Source: Stylophora pistillata
Lineage: Eukaryota
Direction of reading: 5' to 3'
Assembly: GCF_002571385.2 (NCBI RefSeq)
Contig: NW_019218109.1
Location: 216,126-279,914, forward strand
DNA length: 63,789 nucleotides
Shown here in pieces: positions 12,630 to 25,467 of this stretch; within the stretch, counting starts at the first letter, position 1, and each line of letters starts with the position of its first letter. The notes below the pieces were generated by a model that was not told where the DNA came from, did no database searches, and saw nothing but the letters and a program-made list of their open reading frames with translations. The translations under genes were made by a program, and so were the position numbers.

Positions 12630-14088
12630 ATGTATATTTTGTGTCGAATTGCACTAGCTGTGGTGATGTGCCTTCCTGTTTCTGGAGTAAAATTGCCATC
12701 AGATATGTCCCAAGGTGTGTACTTAAACCTTTCTTAAATAGATCCATTAAAATCAAAAGAGCTGTCAAATGTTATCCAAAAAAGTAACCTCAAGACATAT
12801 GTATACTATTGAGGTAAACAGCCAGTCTCTGCTTGGATCATTATTTGGAAAACCCTTCAAAAGTTCCTTGAATCATCAATAGATCTTGCATGCTAATATT
12901 TATTGAATCCATGCCAAAAAATTATCACTTTTTAGCTTTACTCCTGACAAAATGAAACAACCTAAGATCAAGGTAAATTTGTTGAAAAAAAAAAAGGTAT
13001 TAAGCCCAAATTTTCTCTTAACCATACTTAGATCACATTAATTAAAATTAATGATGGAGAATTACCAAATTGATTTTCTGTTGTCATCACATTTTTTTCA
13101 GGAATTTTTTGTGAGGGCTGTAGTGCTGTTATGAAAGGTACATTTTTAGTAAAGCTTTGTCCTTTACAATTACAGGAGTCCTTTATCTTGGAAAGAGAAT
13201 TACCTGTTAGCCCACCAACTCTCATCAGTACTTTCATTTAGCAACAACAGTAACTTAGGCAAAAACTGAAAAAACACAATGGTCTCTATTTTGTGTTTTA
13301 GAGCTAGACAAGATATTGGCAAAAAGGAGTTCAGATCCCAGAGAGCTGCAGGTGGTAGAAGCAATGGAGGACATTTGCCAAACAAAATATTTCTCAAAAT
13401 ATGATTATTCGCCACCAACTACAGTCAAAGCCTGCAGATTTTTAATAGGTAAGTCATTACTAAATACATGAGCAAAATATTCCAACAACTGTGGTAATAT
13501 TTTACAAAACTGAAAGTGTAAAATTCAGTCATCATTATAGGCTCATTTTATTGAGAGCTTAAAGTATAGATAAGGTCTGTTAGAGAGAAGGGGAAATTGA
13601 TATTTATGAGTTGGGAGTGAAAAGGTTAATTTTTTTTCAATGGGAAGCTTCTTTTTTTGTTTTACTCAGAAAAATATGAAGAAGACATAGAACAGTTGTT
13701 GATGGACAATGTTAATAACTCGGAACAAGAGGTTTGTTACAAGCTGACCAAAGCATGTGAAGGTGTGGATAGAAGTAAAAAAGAGAAAGAACCCCTTAAT
13801 TACCGTTTCAATAATCAGCCTCAGGAGGTCAAGACTGAATCAGCTTCAAAAGATGATGATGGTATTCACCGCATGAATGTGGATATTAATGATCCCGGAG
13901 CTGCAGAGAGGCTGGCAGAGCAGATTAAATCACAACTGGGACAGGAGGGGATGGGAGGTGGCATGGGAAATGATGAGGATGATGATGAGGAAGAAGAAGA
14001 AGAGGAAGGAGACAATGAAGACAAAGAAAATGGTGAAGCTGGAGAAGAGGATGATAAGAAATCTTTTGAAGTGAAAACTGAATTATAG
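12630..14088 (+). CDS. ER-resident saposin B-like (Canopy/MZB1-like) protein A, 228 aa, signal peptide, acidic tail, C-terminal KTEL
   Basis: Exons 12630-12714, 13102-13137, 13302-13448, 13670-14088 join in frame: MYILCRIALAVVMCLPVSG-VKLPSDMSQGIFCEGCSAVMKELDKILAKRSSDPRELQVVEAMEDICQTKYFSKYDYSPPTTVKACRFLIEKYEEDIEQLLMDNVNNSEQEVCYKLTKACEGV...EDDDEEEEEEEG...KTEL. Six-Cys saposin pattern. Confidence 0.85.
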
Positions 14089-14276
14089 TTGAACACAAAA
14101 AGTTAGTCCACCTAGCAAATTAATATATATTTCTATATACGCAGGAATTTTTAAGGCTTAGCAATGCAGGGAATGTTTTCTTTTGAAACAACTTCCATCA
14201 AGTAAGAAAAAGGCACAAGGTACTACCACATGTGTCTCATGCTAGGTAAAGGAAAGTTCTGCTTTGCAAAAAGTCT

Positions 14277-14724
14277 TGCAGTAACCTGGAGCACATTTGG
14301 TGAATTAATGTGTATCCACCCATGTACAATTTGAAGTGCAAAACTATATATGGGTTGATATAACGGTTGAGAGTTGGTTGATACTCAGCTGATGTGTTGG
14401 TCGGCGTGTCGGTCATCAGTCAGTTGACACTTGGTCAATGGTAAGTCGACACTCAGTTGCTCAATTGACACTTGGTTGATACTTGGTCGACGCTTGGTCG
14501 ATGGTCGGTTGATAGTTGGCCAATACTGGGTCAAGTCTCAGTGGATAGCTGGTTGATATATTGGCTGAGATGTACATAAGCTAATACAGCAGCTAACACT
14601 CAACCAATTCTCAACTGGGTAACTATAGACTCTCACCTTAGTGTCAAGCGAGTGTCAACCAAGTGTCAACTGAGTGTTGACCGACATATCGTGTCTAGCA
14701 GTGAAATTTTCTTTGGATACTGCA
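14277..14724. mobile_element. MITE-like element with internal degenerate short tandem/inverted repeats (gtcgac/ttgaca units)
   Basis: Termini tgcagtaacc / ggatactgca. The interior is built from ~11-12-bp units (ttggtcgac, agtgtcaac) in both orientations. Confidence 0.6.
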
Positions 14725-15462
14725 ACCAATGAGAGGCTCATAATGAGATGTGACATCTCACTGACAATTAATGCGGGTCAAGTAGAAATATCTTCAAGCT
14801 GCAAATTTTAAAGATATTTATACAATACAACAATACGATAATTATCAAGCATCGTAAAGAGTCTCGTTAGTTGATTAGTATCATAATGATAAACGATATG
14901 GAAATTAAAAGCTGAAAATGAAATAAATGTTTAATTCCTAATGAGAGAACTACATCATTTCCGTTGACCTCTTCGAATTTTGCCCACATCATGAGTGGAC
15001 GGCAAAACAACAGAAACAACGAGCGAATTCGAAGCCCTAAAATCGAGTTGGCTTATAAAGTAGTAGGACATGGAATCCTGAAGCTGGCTGGGAGGAGTAC
15101 GTTTGGAAATGGAAAAACTTTCGGTGATGTTTTGGATGTTCTCTGCCCTGCGCGGTCTTGGAAGCCGTACCTTGGATGATTTCCAGACATTTTCCGTGAT
15201 CACTTGAATCACACCGAGATCGATCACTCCGAGTTTCGGCAACCACCAGAATTCAATTAACGTATCAAGTAACTAACGCAACGCGGTCTCAAACCAGTAG
15301 GGTACTTTGCTTGTGACATTTCCTTCCGGAATGTCACTTCGTCCTGCTTTCAATCGCACTTGAAATAGTTTTCAGTCAGGTATTGTATACTTTATTCTTT
15401 GTAATAGTTTTTTCTCTATTCACAGTCCCAAGGGATAGAGGTTGAGTTTCAGGCTGGTCAGC

Positions 15463-15586
15463 ATCGACCTCAGCCATTTTTCTTGTGACTTAAGGCTGTT
15501 GCAATTTTATCAGCTTTCGCGATCGACCTCAGTCATTTTTCTTGTGACTAGGTTATTGCAATTTTATCAGCTTTCGCGATCGAGTT
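15463..15586. repeat. Tandem duplication of a ~58-bp unit (two copies)
   Basis: atcgacctcag(c/t)catttttcttgtgact...ttgcaattttatcagctttcgcg occurs twice. Confidence 0.85.
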
Positions 15587-16024
15587 CAGTGCGCACAGGC
15601 TTTCCGGTATTTATACATTAGATCTACCCTTGATTTTAATTTGAAATAGGTTAGTAACCATGTTTATGCTTTATTTTAGTCATTTTTTTGTCATAATCTT
15701 CCTAAAGGTAATTCATTCAAAGCTCGGCTTGAAGTTACAAAAGACCCCGTTGTTTAGGAGACTGCGTTATTCTATACCTATTAGCCATCGGGCACAATTA
15801 TCACAGGTGAGAGTCAGTCGTACATTAGTTATTTATGCACGAGCATAAATTTTGAGAGTGTGTCGACTGCTACCGAAATATAGCATTCGACCCTTCACAT
15901 AAAAGAGGTATGATGGACCATGAATTTTCGTGTGCTCTTAAGTCTGTAAGCCACAACTTTTCGATTATGTCAGTATTAGACTCAAACTTGCTTTCTTATC
16001 TTTGTGGAAAACGACTCAACAAAG

Positions 16025-16450
16025 TACCGTAAATCCTTTAATAAGTTCCCCGGGGGACTTATCTATTTCAGGTACTTTGCAGGGGGGGGGCTTACTAATT
16101 TAGCTCAATGTTCGCTACCAGAATATAATAGGATATGAGGTACAGTATTTATTCAAAAATTGTTCTCATTTTACATTTTTTTCATTACCAAATTGGCAGA
16201 GTCAAATGAGTTGCATGATTTTTCATAATCATCTTGTAAATCATATTTTATTGATGCCAGCATGATAACATCAATCAATCAATCACCATGATCAATTTTA
16301 AATGACAAACTAAAATTACAGTTCTTGAATAAATTTTTGGGGTGGAGGGGTGGGGGGAAGCTTAATAAATTTTTTCCTCTAAGGAGGGGGAAGAGCTTAT
16401 TAGAGGGGGGTGGCTTAATAGAGAGGGGGCTTAATAGAGTATTTAAAGTA
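16025..16450. mobile_element. MITE with taccgtaaat...aataag / cttaatagagtatttaaagta termini and G-run subterminal repeats
   Basis: Imperfect TIRs and repeated ggggcttaatagag units. Absent from the equivalent region of paralog A. Confidence 0.65.
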
Positions 16451-16987
16451 TTAGCTTGATGAGAGTTTTGCAGAAAAATTGTCTCACATTCTTGTACATC
16501 ATATATTTCAAAGTTATTTCAAAGTTATGTGCATTTAAACACAAAAAGAGAGGCAAGTGCATTTCTGCCCTATGGTTTAGCTGGTGGGCAAATATTCCAA
16601 GCAGTTCATTTCTAATTAATAAGAAGAAAGTTTCTGTGTAACGTTGTAGCATTTTTATTCTGTTTTTTGTTGTTTCATCTATCTTTTTCCTTTTCTTTGT
16701 AACTGCAATATTTAAAGTCTTACAGTACTTTATATATTAATGGTTTCTTTTCCTGTCAGTAAGGACAAAAACTAGGAAATGTGAAACATTGCAATACTTG
16801 AGTAAATTACTGAAAAATATATTAAAATAAATTTCATTATCAAACTATTTAATAGTAATTGAATCAAAATGTACAACCCAAATGAAATTAACATCTAGGC
16901 TAAAAGTCTAATAATCCAATAGTATGTGTCAGATCATAGCATCATTGCCATCTTGTGTTTCTGTCTATTTTCTTTTTAGGTTTAAAA

Positions 16988-18523
16988 ATGTTCACTCTAG
17001 GTAGAATAACTTTGGTTGTAGTGCTGAGCCTTCCCATATCTGGTTTGATATTGCCTCCAGATATATCCCAAGGTTTGTGCTTTTCAATTAAATTCCTTTC
17101 AGAGTAAGTAAGCAGAAAATCTTAATCTAACCTGAAAATACATTAATATAAATAGCTATTCAGTCAAAATTTACTTTTGACCATACTTGGATCTAGTTCT
17201 CATTTTGAGTTTTCGTTGAGATTAATTTTTTTTATGTTGATACTCAGGAGTTTATTGTGAGAGTTGTTGCGCTGTTATGAAAGGTAAATTTTCAGTGCAA
17301 TTTGTTTTTTATGTTAACTGTTTTAGGTCTGTATGTTTCTTACAATTTTTGATCTGTTACTTAACCAGTCAAAATTCAGTGATTATTGATCAAATTTTAA
17401 CCTTTGGGAAATACCACCAGATAAATATTACAAGGGACAAAATGTTACCAAGTAATGTGCAACAGTTATGTCATATGACTGATTTTTCCTCTATTATATA
17501 CTAACTAAAGATGACTCAATTACACTGATATGCTTTAAGAGGCTAGCTTTTCCATGATTACCATTTTTTAATTAATATTTTAATGTACAGGACTAAAAAA
17601 AAAACAATAATCTTCACTCTGCTTCTGATACAAATTAATTTCAAAAAACATGTACAATTTACTGCATCTACTAAATGATACTAATTTATTCATATTTCAT
17701 CATATTTTATTCAAGTCTACAACAAATTTAATAAAAAAATTAATTAGGTCAGGAAAAGTATTACTTGCATGCAGTGAAAATTTGAGTTAGGGGTCCTTTA
17801 TCTTGAAAACAGAATTGGATGTTGGCCCTCCTTCTTCCACAAATTTTTCATACAAAGAGGCACCATGGGTAAAAGAAAAGGACAATGTTCTATACTTTTT
17901 GTTTTAGAACTGGACAAGTTTTTGGCAAAAAAGAGTTCAGACCCCAGAGAGCTACAGGTGGTAGAGGCAATAGAAGATGTTTGCAGATCAAAACATTTAA
18001 ATAAGTATGGATATTCACCAATAACTCTTGTCAAAGCCTGCAGATTTTTAATAGGTAAGTCATAGATGAATTATAAGTTACAAGATTGTAGCTTTTAACT
18101 TAGCAAAATAATCCTGAACAACATCCGTGAGATTGTGCATTATTAAAAGGAAAAATTCAGAAAAAATTTGGCTGGCGAACATTTTAGCAATTAATCAGTA
18201 GCAAAATCGTCGCTTGTGAAAGGGTGAAATTTTATAAAGACAAACCTCTTTTTTTTTTAACAGGGAAACATGAAGAAGACATAGAACAGCTGTACCTGAG
18301 AGGGGTTGATAGCGTTAACACAGAGAAAGAGTTTTGTTACAAGCTGAGCAAGATATGTGAAGGTGTAGACAGAAGTAAAAAAGCAAAAGATCCCCTTCAG
18401 AAACGCTCCAAGCATGACACAGCGAAGTTGGTGGAACGGATTAAATCACAAAAACAACAGCATGTGAAGGGAGGCCACCCGGGAGATAACAAGGTTGTCT
18501 ACAAAGAAAAAACTGAATTATAG
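16988..18523 (+). CDS. ER-resident saposin B-like protein B (tandem paralog), 175 aa, signal peptide, basic tail, C-terminal KTEL
   Basis: Exons 16988-17072, 17248-17283, 17908-18054, 18264-18523; the first three match paralog A in size (85/36/147 nt): MFTLGRITLVVVLSLPISG-LILPPDISQGVYCESCCAVMKELDKFLAKKSSDPRELQVVEAIEDVCRSKHLNKYGYSPITLVKACRFLIGKHEEDIEQLYL...EFCYKLSKICEGVDRSKK...KTEL. Confidence 0.85.
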
Positions 18524-20874
18524 TTGAAGCAAAAAATAACTATATCCAGAAAATTGAAATACTTCTTTGTAGGTGGGGATTTTCTTGGCTTACTATTGCC
18601 GAGTAATACGGACGAGATTTCCTTTTGAAATCATCGTTTAAAAGTAAAAACTGTTGCAAGTAATAACAGTGCACTGTACGGGTTAAACGGCAGTTTTTCC
18701 CTACCCAGTGTTTTGCGGCAACTTGCAACACGTTTGATGAATGCCTACAATATACCTGCATACTACATTAAACGCAAACTTGACGAGCCAAGAGCAGTTC
18801 TTAGTTTTCTCAGCTGATGTTCCATTTTGACGACGAAAGTACATTACATACTTTCTGATGGGTATCGCTCGATTGAGAAATTTCCCGCCGTTACGCTGCA
18901 GCCAGTCGTTGGTTTCATGTAAACTGACTCTTTCCTGCAAATTTTCTAGAAATTTATCTTAAGTTATAATTCACCTTAGCCTAATGTATTCTTAATGTTA
19001 TGACGATTAGATGCTGAGAACCGAATTAATGTTTTGTTCCCTATAAGAGAAATATTAACGGCAACTTTTCCCATTCAACGAGGACTGCCCTCGTTCCCAG
19101 AATGATTAGGTGTGTTAGGCCGCGAATTATTCCTACACTTTTTTATTTTTGCCTTCAGCGATAAGTATGCCTTTTCCTTCAGCAGACAATGTCACTAAAA
19201 TGCTATACTGTTAGTTACTTTTTGTCACAAATTTCTGATTGCAGTGCAGTTGGCATTTTAAAGGAAGTGATTTAAACGAGTAAAACCAGTTTAGTTGCAC
19301 TTGTTTAAAATTTTACCGCCTCAGTTGAGAGAATTTCCCCTTCGGTTATTAAAATCCAGCAGATCAGCTAGGCTTCATTTTTCCTTCATTTTCTCTTCTT
19401 TCGCGCGGACTCCCCGAGTTTCCTTCGCCTCTGTTAGCTTGTGAAAATGCAAAAACATTATTTAAAAGTCACCCATCCTGTAGAGATTTAGAATTAACTT
19501 GTACTTTTTTGCTGAAGTAATTGGTCCTAACCGGAGGTTGTAAGAATTATTCTAATAAAACTGACTGATTTGATAGTCGGCAATTAGTCTTGTAAGATAT
19601 TCCGAGATGATACCAAAATATACTTTAGTGGAGAAGGTAATTTCACATAATCATTTTATGGCGGACTTAACATTACTGCGACGTCACAACACGAACCTAA
19701 AACGTGTAAGCAGTAAAGTTATGATGATTGGAACCATATGTTCCACAGATTCCTTAAAACTTCATGGACTGCATGTAAGCTCATTGACGATTCTGTGTAG
19801 GATTGTTCCGTTTTTATTACACACCAACCTTAAGGTGACAAGCGCATCTTAAGACGAAAATTTTGTCTGGCGTAGGAAATGATTCTAAGAGGGCTCAACG
19901 ATGATATGGTTTTAACGCCTCGAATGTAAAAATAGCGATATCCGCATGATCACGTTACGTGAATCGAACTTGAACTCTTCAAAACCCAGGACGAGCGCCA
20001 GCTGCAAAAAGGTACTGTTTTGTCTACGTTGTAGTCATAACCACGCGTTGGGTGGCGCATGTAGCCTAATTTTCGCTGCTGCCTTGTTACCTGACGTTAT
20101 AACTTGAAGCTACAATCCAGCAATTCTTGATATTTCTGCCGGAACCGACCGAAGCGTATTTAAGGTCTAGACAGTACTGCTTATTACAATCACTTACTTT
20201 TCTTAAATGGCCGTAAAACCATACCTATGTCTTTTGTTATTGTAATGATGAAAAACTAACCCTGATTCAGTGAACTGAATTTATTCGTAAAATTATTCCC
20301 AACTTCGAGCTGAAATAGTTATGAAATTGAAATGTAAACCTGAAGATGTTGAATTTAGTGAAATGTTCATCACAATGATTTTTTTTTTCAGAATAAGAAT
20401 TACTCTAAATCATACTCCAAGTAATATTCGTGGTAAGTTTTCAGAGGTACTAGATCTTTTTCCTTTCAATATTGAACAACATCGACCACTTTTTTCCTCA
20501 AAATCGACGAGATGTCCACCGTTTACATGAAGGATGGAAACAATTTCAAATTCAGCCGTAATTCAATGAAGGTATATAAAACAAACAAAAGCTGAGGGCA
20601 GTAAAACAAGCATATGTATCTTATATTCAATTATGTCAAGGATGGATGCAGGGACATCAATGACTCGTCATTGAGAATCGGGGTCGTCACATAAAAGATC
20701 TCTCTCTCAGATCATCATTAATGCATAACCAGCGTTACCGACTGTCCACCCTCAGCTTAATTAAAAACTTCTCAATAACAACAATGCAATAGTTGGCTAA
20801 AAATTCGTTAATTTGAGACAGAAAACGTCTATCCTCTCTTCTGGCGATTTGCTCGTCTTTTTTTTTTTGGTTCG

Positions 20875-21826
20875 TCAGAGTATGGTACATTTCTGTTTCT
20901 CCGCGAATGGATTTTCCCGTCTTTCTGGTGGATGAATAAGGGGATCTTTTGTGCCATTTTGTGTGCAATACTCCTTTAGCCTGAAAGGAATAATTAAAGA
21001 AGAAGTGTCAATCACTGTATCGCTAAAAGATCATAAAGTTTACCCGTTCTAAAGAAAAGCGCGTGAAGGATTCATATTATCGCGATTCGAACGTGTCGAT
21101 GAGAAGCGCCCGGTGAAAACGAAGGTCTCTTTGATGGGTTTTCTTCTCAGGTAGAGTAAAATATCTTCCAGCTGTCCTCTTCAAGGATTTCATTCAAGGA
21201 GAGCTTCAAGGCAAAACACAATTTTCACAAACAAAAAGTAAATTCAACCTGTCTCTTGAGAGGCTTTGTTAACGCAGGTTGCAGCTAGGATTCACTCCTA
21301 GTAGAGCTTGTGGTATCCTTGATTTAAGGATAAAGGGTACATGTTCATTTAACCAGAGAAATAAAAAAATAGACGGAAAATTAAATTGTTTTCTTGGGAA
21401 TAACACACACATTTTGATTTGAATCTCTGAACACTGATTTTTGTTTCAGTCGTAGTCAAGATTAGGCTTTTCGCAATGTTAAAGCCGTCGGAAAAAACCG
21501 CCCATAAAATTGCTTACTTCTATAAATAAAAACACACTATTTAGCCAAATACATTCGCTGCAGGAAACTTTGTGGATATTTAAGCCGCAAAAAATAATTT
21601 CCAGGCATAATCTTTTGGCGAAAATCTAAAAGGAAAACGATAAACGGCGTTATGGACCGTCTCCCAAATTAATATTCGCTTCATGATTTAAACTTGTGAA
21701 TTTACAAATTTAAATGACAAGATCATGGTATACTTACTCGTTGCTGCATATAGAAACCGGCAACCGCGAAATTCTCAGCTGATCTCTCAAGCTTTCCACG
21801 GTTTTCAACATCTGTGTTCTGTCCAT
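20875..21826 (-). CDS. GNG13: Heterotrimeric G-protein gamma subunit (Ggamma13-like), 64 aa, CaaX CTIL
   Basis: Exons 21826-21738 and 20980-20875 with a phase-2 GTAAGT...TTTCAG intron: MDRTQMLKTVESLRDQLRISRLPVSICSNELKEYCTQNGTKDPLIHPPERRENPFAEKQKCTIL*. It has the GGL-domain motifs (VESL..QL, DPL, NPF) and a CaaL box. The Ggamma family call is firm; the GNG13 subtype is tentative. Confidence 0.9.
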
Positions 21827-23442
21827 AGTTCACCAGAAAGTTGTTTTACAAGCTTCCTGAAGCTTGTCTTTCGCTTCAGCTTTCGATCTTCTTTCACGGT
21901 CGCTCTCTGTTATGCCTGATGGTCATGCAAAGGTTTTTAATTCGGAGCTGTTTCATTGGGCAGCACAGACAAAGTCAACGAAAGTGAGCAATTAACATGA
22001 AAAATGAACCAATCAGAGAGCGGATCAACGACAAACGAATGGTAATCTATAGCTACAGGTGTAACTGAAGGTCTTCTGCTGTAGTAAATCGTAAGCTGAA
22101 TGTATACGGATATGATTCGATTTGCTTGCAACAATTCCCTGAAACTCAATGTGACGTTGAATTTTTTTGACCGAAACTCCAGCGATGACCATTTTACATA
22201 TGATATACATATATGTAAGACATTTTCAGGTCTTCTGGTCAATTTGTTTATTTATTCAGTGTATTTGCATCTATTGTAGAAAAGTTCTGGTAGTCTGGTC
22301 GTCAAATGCTTCCGGAATATTTTGTCGCTGTGCCAACGATCTAGATAATTCTCTTCCTTAAATGGTTGAAAACCATCGGCAATTCCGTGCTTTTTAGCAT
22401 GCCGTACACGAAAACATTTCTTAAAATACTTTTCTTTGCAGTTCGGTAGAAACCCCGGCTAACGACATCAACACATTTTTTATTATTGCGATTAAGAAAA
22501 GAAGAAAAGAAAATATACCGTGTTGCTATTTACGTAAACAGTTCGAAGATGTAAAAAAGCGGTCTGATTTGCCACTACATTAGTTTATGAATAGCGAATT
22601 CCGGTTTTCCTTTAAAAAGAATCCCTTAAAGTACTTTTAATCTCTACATCGCAATGTGATTTTTCTGCCAATGTTGGTAATCTAAAGTTATTTCTTTCCT
22701 TAATTGGGTGATATTCTAAGTTATTTTACAATCCATTACCGAACAGTTCTCAAGGCAGCAAAGGGTTTTAAATAACAACAATAATGACAAATGCACGAAG
22801 CAACGGCGAGAGTGATGAAAAGTTGCGAGAATGTCTTCCTACCCATAATTTTTAGGTTTGTTACATTTTCCATCAACGACACACTCCAGAGATCAGTCGA
22901 TAATTCAAAAGACAGTTACAACGCTTGCCTAACGGAAATAAACCATCATGGCGACAGTTTCATTATTTTCTTCTTACCATTTGATTGGATTAGATTATTT
23001 ATGTAACAATTATAGTTAAATAATCGGTGGAAGACTCAGACTGAGGCACTTCCCTGAGTTCCAGTTTTACTGGAAATGAAAAGAATTATGAGTGGGGACT
23101 TAACCTTTAGATTGTTTTAAATTTTTCCCTTCCACCGACGGATAATAATTCTGCTCTTTTAAGGTGTGTTGCATTTAATTCGTTAGAAAACATGTGATCT
23201 AATCATGATTAAGATCAAAACACTCGTCGTTTACAACTCGATCATCAAAAAACGGAAATTGAAATTCCTTTTATTGCTAAAAATAAATCAATTTGAAATT
23301 AGGATATGTCTATTTCCACGTTTCTTATTCGTTGCTTCGTCAGAACACCTATTCTCACGCCAGAAAAACGATGCAAATAAAAAAGAAATAAAAATGAGAA
23401 AGGGTACTTGATGAATAACCCAGTTATCATGATTTTGTTTTT

Positions 23443-23862
23443 TGATAAAATGTCTTGTTATTAAATTGTGATCCAGAATTTCCTCCAAACATAGTTTTAA
23501 AATATCATTTCGGTCATAAAACCAGTCTCTACCCCAGATCCCATGCGTCATAGGTATTCTGTCCCAGTCTTTTGTAAAGGAAAACTCGTTGAGCAAAAGT
23601 AATGTGTGCCAAAAGTTTGCTATTTTTTCTTTAAGAGTGATCTTCATAAAAGGAAAAACGAAATCAATCCTAATTATAGACGTATTGTCAGAAAGCATGA
23701 TGGTTTCTTTATTTTGAGTTACATACTTGCTCTGATAAAACATAATTAGCTGCTGGACTTGATATTCCATATTAGAAGTTTCTGATAAAATGTCTTGTTA
23801 TTAAATTGTGATCCAGAATTTCCTCTAAACATAATTTTAAAATATCATTTCGGTTATAAAAC
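23443..23862. repeat. ~80-bp direct repeat (23443-23522 and 23783-23862)
   Basis: tgataaaatgtcttgttattaaattgtgatccagaatttcctc...aaaatatcatttcggt(c/t)ataaaac, with few mismatches. Confidence 0.85.
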
Positions 23863-23865
23863 TAG

Positions 23866-24140
23866 TTAATCACAGTTTCTTCTGTCAGTTCCCAGAGTCA
23901 ACTGCTGCACATTTGGGGGTCGCGCTTTCACCCACGCTGCGCCGGTTCTATGGAATTCTTTACCGCTGACTATTAGATCTAGTAGCAGTATTTCTATGTT
24001 TAAAAAAAGACTGAAGACTTTTCTCTTTAAAAAGACTTTTAATTTGTGATTTTTGGTCTATTTGATATATATTCTTATTGTACAGCGCTTTTGAATATTG
24101 ATCAATAGTTAAAGCGCTCTATAAATATATTATTATTATT
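23866..24140 (+). mobile_element. Severely 5'-truncated L2-type LINE 3' end
   Basis: Frame SQFLLSVPRVNCCTFGGRAFTHAAPVLWNSLPLTIRSSSSISMFKKRLKTFLFKKTFNL*, the L2 ORF2 C-terminal signature. 3' stem-loop agcgcttt...aaagcgct, then an (ATT)n tail. Confidence 0.85.
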
Positions 24141-25467
24141 AGAAGCGGTTCCTTAATGTGTCAAAATGTTTGATGGACTTCCTGTGAAAGCAGAAACTGG
24201 GAGAACTGGGACAGTATAGACGCATTCTTTACTTTCAGTTATCTCGCACCAAGATCTGTCACTCAGTGAAATGTAGGTCTGGGTGACAAGACTAGCTACA
24301 CGACGAATGACTTCGTATTGCGGTAACCTTCTTCCCCGAAGACATTGTTGAATTTAAATTAGACTGAACCAAGAACCGAACTTTAAAGTCATGACTCTGG
24401 CATTGTTCCCTTAAAAAAAATAATAGTTACATGATTTTGCTTGTAGTATTACTTTTATAAAAAGAGCAAGAATTATTCTCATTTTTCCAAGTATGCTAAA
24501 ATATATATCAGGACAATCCATAACGCACGGCCTAACCGTATTCCTTGACGATTAAATCTAATTACGGAAGGATCAAGGTTCTCGATCCTCCTTTGATCTG
24601 GAGATGTGCTAATCGTCTTCTGAACAACTTCGGCCTGTTCTTCAATCAGAATAAACAAGACTCTTTGTTCTGAGGTATCAATGTTTTTGTTTGATGGAAA
24701 AGAAAAAAAAAAAAAAAACGTGCAGAGAGATAAAGTAAAAAGGCTCATAGCATTTTTTTTTTCTGGTAACTGTCGAAGCGTTTCTCAAGCCAATTTTTTC
24801 GACGTATTGATCACTTATAGAGAACTTAAAAAAGGGATTTGGTTTAACGATAAGAAAGAATTTAATGTTTAAAAGATAAGTCATTTGTCATCTTGGTTCC
24901 TCACTAAAACAGCACAAGACCACTTTGTTTAATTTGTGTTTTTCAAACTCTGTTGATGATCTGATGAAAAAAGAGCAGGGTAAAACAGCTGTGTTTAAAC
25001 TTCATTTAAACCGAAAACTGGTCGAATGTATTTTTGATGCAAGTGCCTGACATGTACTTATGAGTTTTTAAGTTTTTATTCTTAGTTTCGTATTTCACAG
25101 AATTCATCGGTTAAACAATTACCGAAACTAAGATCTCATCGCCCGCGCGAATATACACTTAAGATGTTAAGTACAAACATCTGACGAGAGAAAAAGAAAA
25201 AGAACATATACACATATGCAAAATAAGGTTGCTTCCGATTCTGTGACCAGTTGGTGCATCGCTTAGGTTACCAAGAATTTCACAAGAATTACTTTGTTTT
25301 CTTTGCAATCTCGGTCTTCACAATTTTTTTTTCACAAGTTACGTGTGAATTCAGCTGGTATCAACTAAATTAAGTAAATGTCCTCTTATCTCCACTTTCC
25401 ACAAACGTGTCACCATTCAATTCGATTTGACTTCCGTGACTGCAGTTCGCGGGCTCTATCCTTTAAG

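Noticed and set aside
13866-14096. Ser-rich antisense ORF and alternative-frame ORFs; likewise 30531-30926, 44721-44960, 45540-45734 and 49378-49653
   Set aside because: Shadow frames of real coding exons.
14350-14700. CRISPR-like array
   Set aside because: Eukaryotic context, degenerate 11-12-bp units with no unique spacers and no cas genes; it is a MITE interior.
14955-15246. Three overlapping ORFs between the saposin paralogs
   Set aside because: No recognisable domain or splice structure; probably a repeat fragment or promoter DNA.
23288-23770. 160-aa minus-strand ORF
   Set aside because: AT-rich, no motif, and it overlaps a local duplication; no support for coding.
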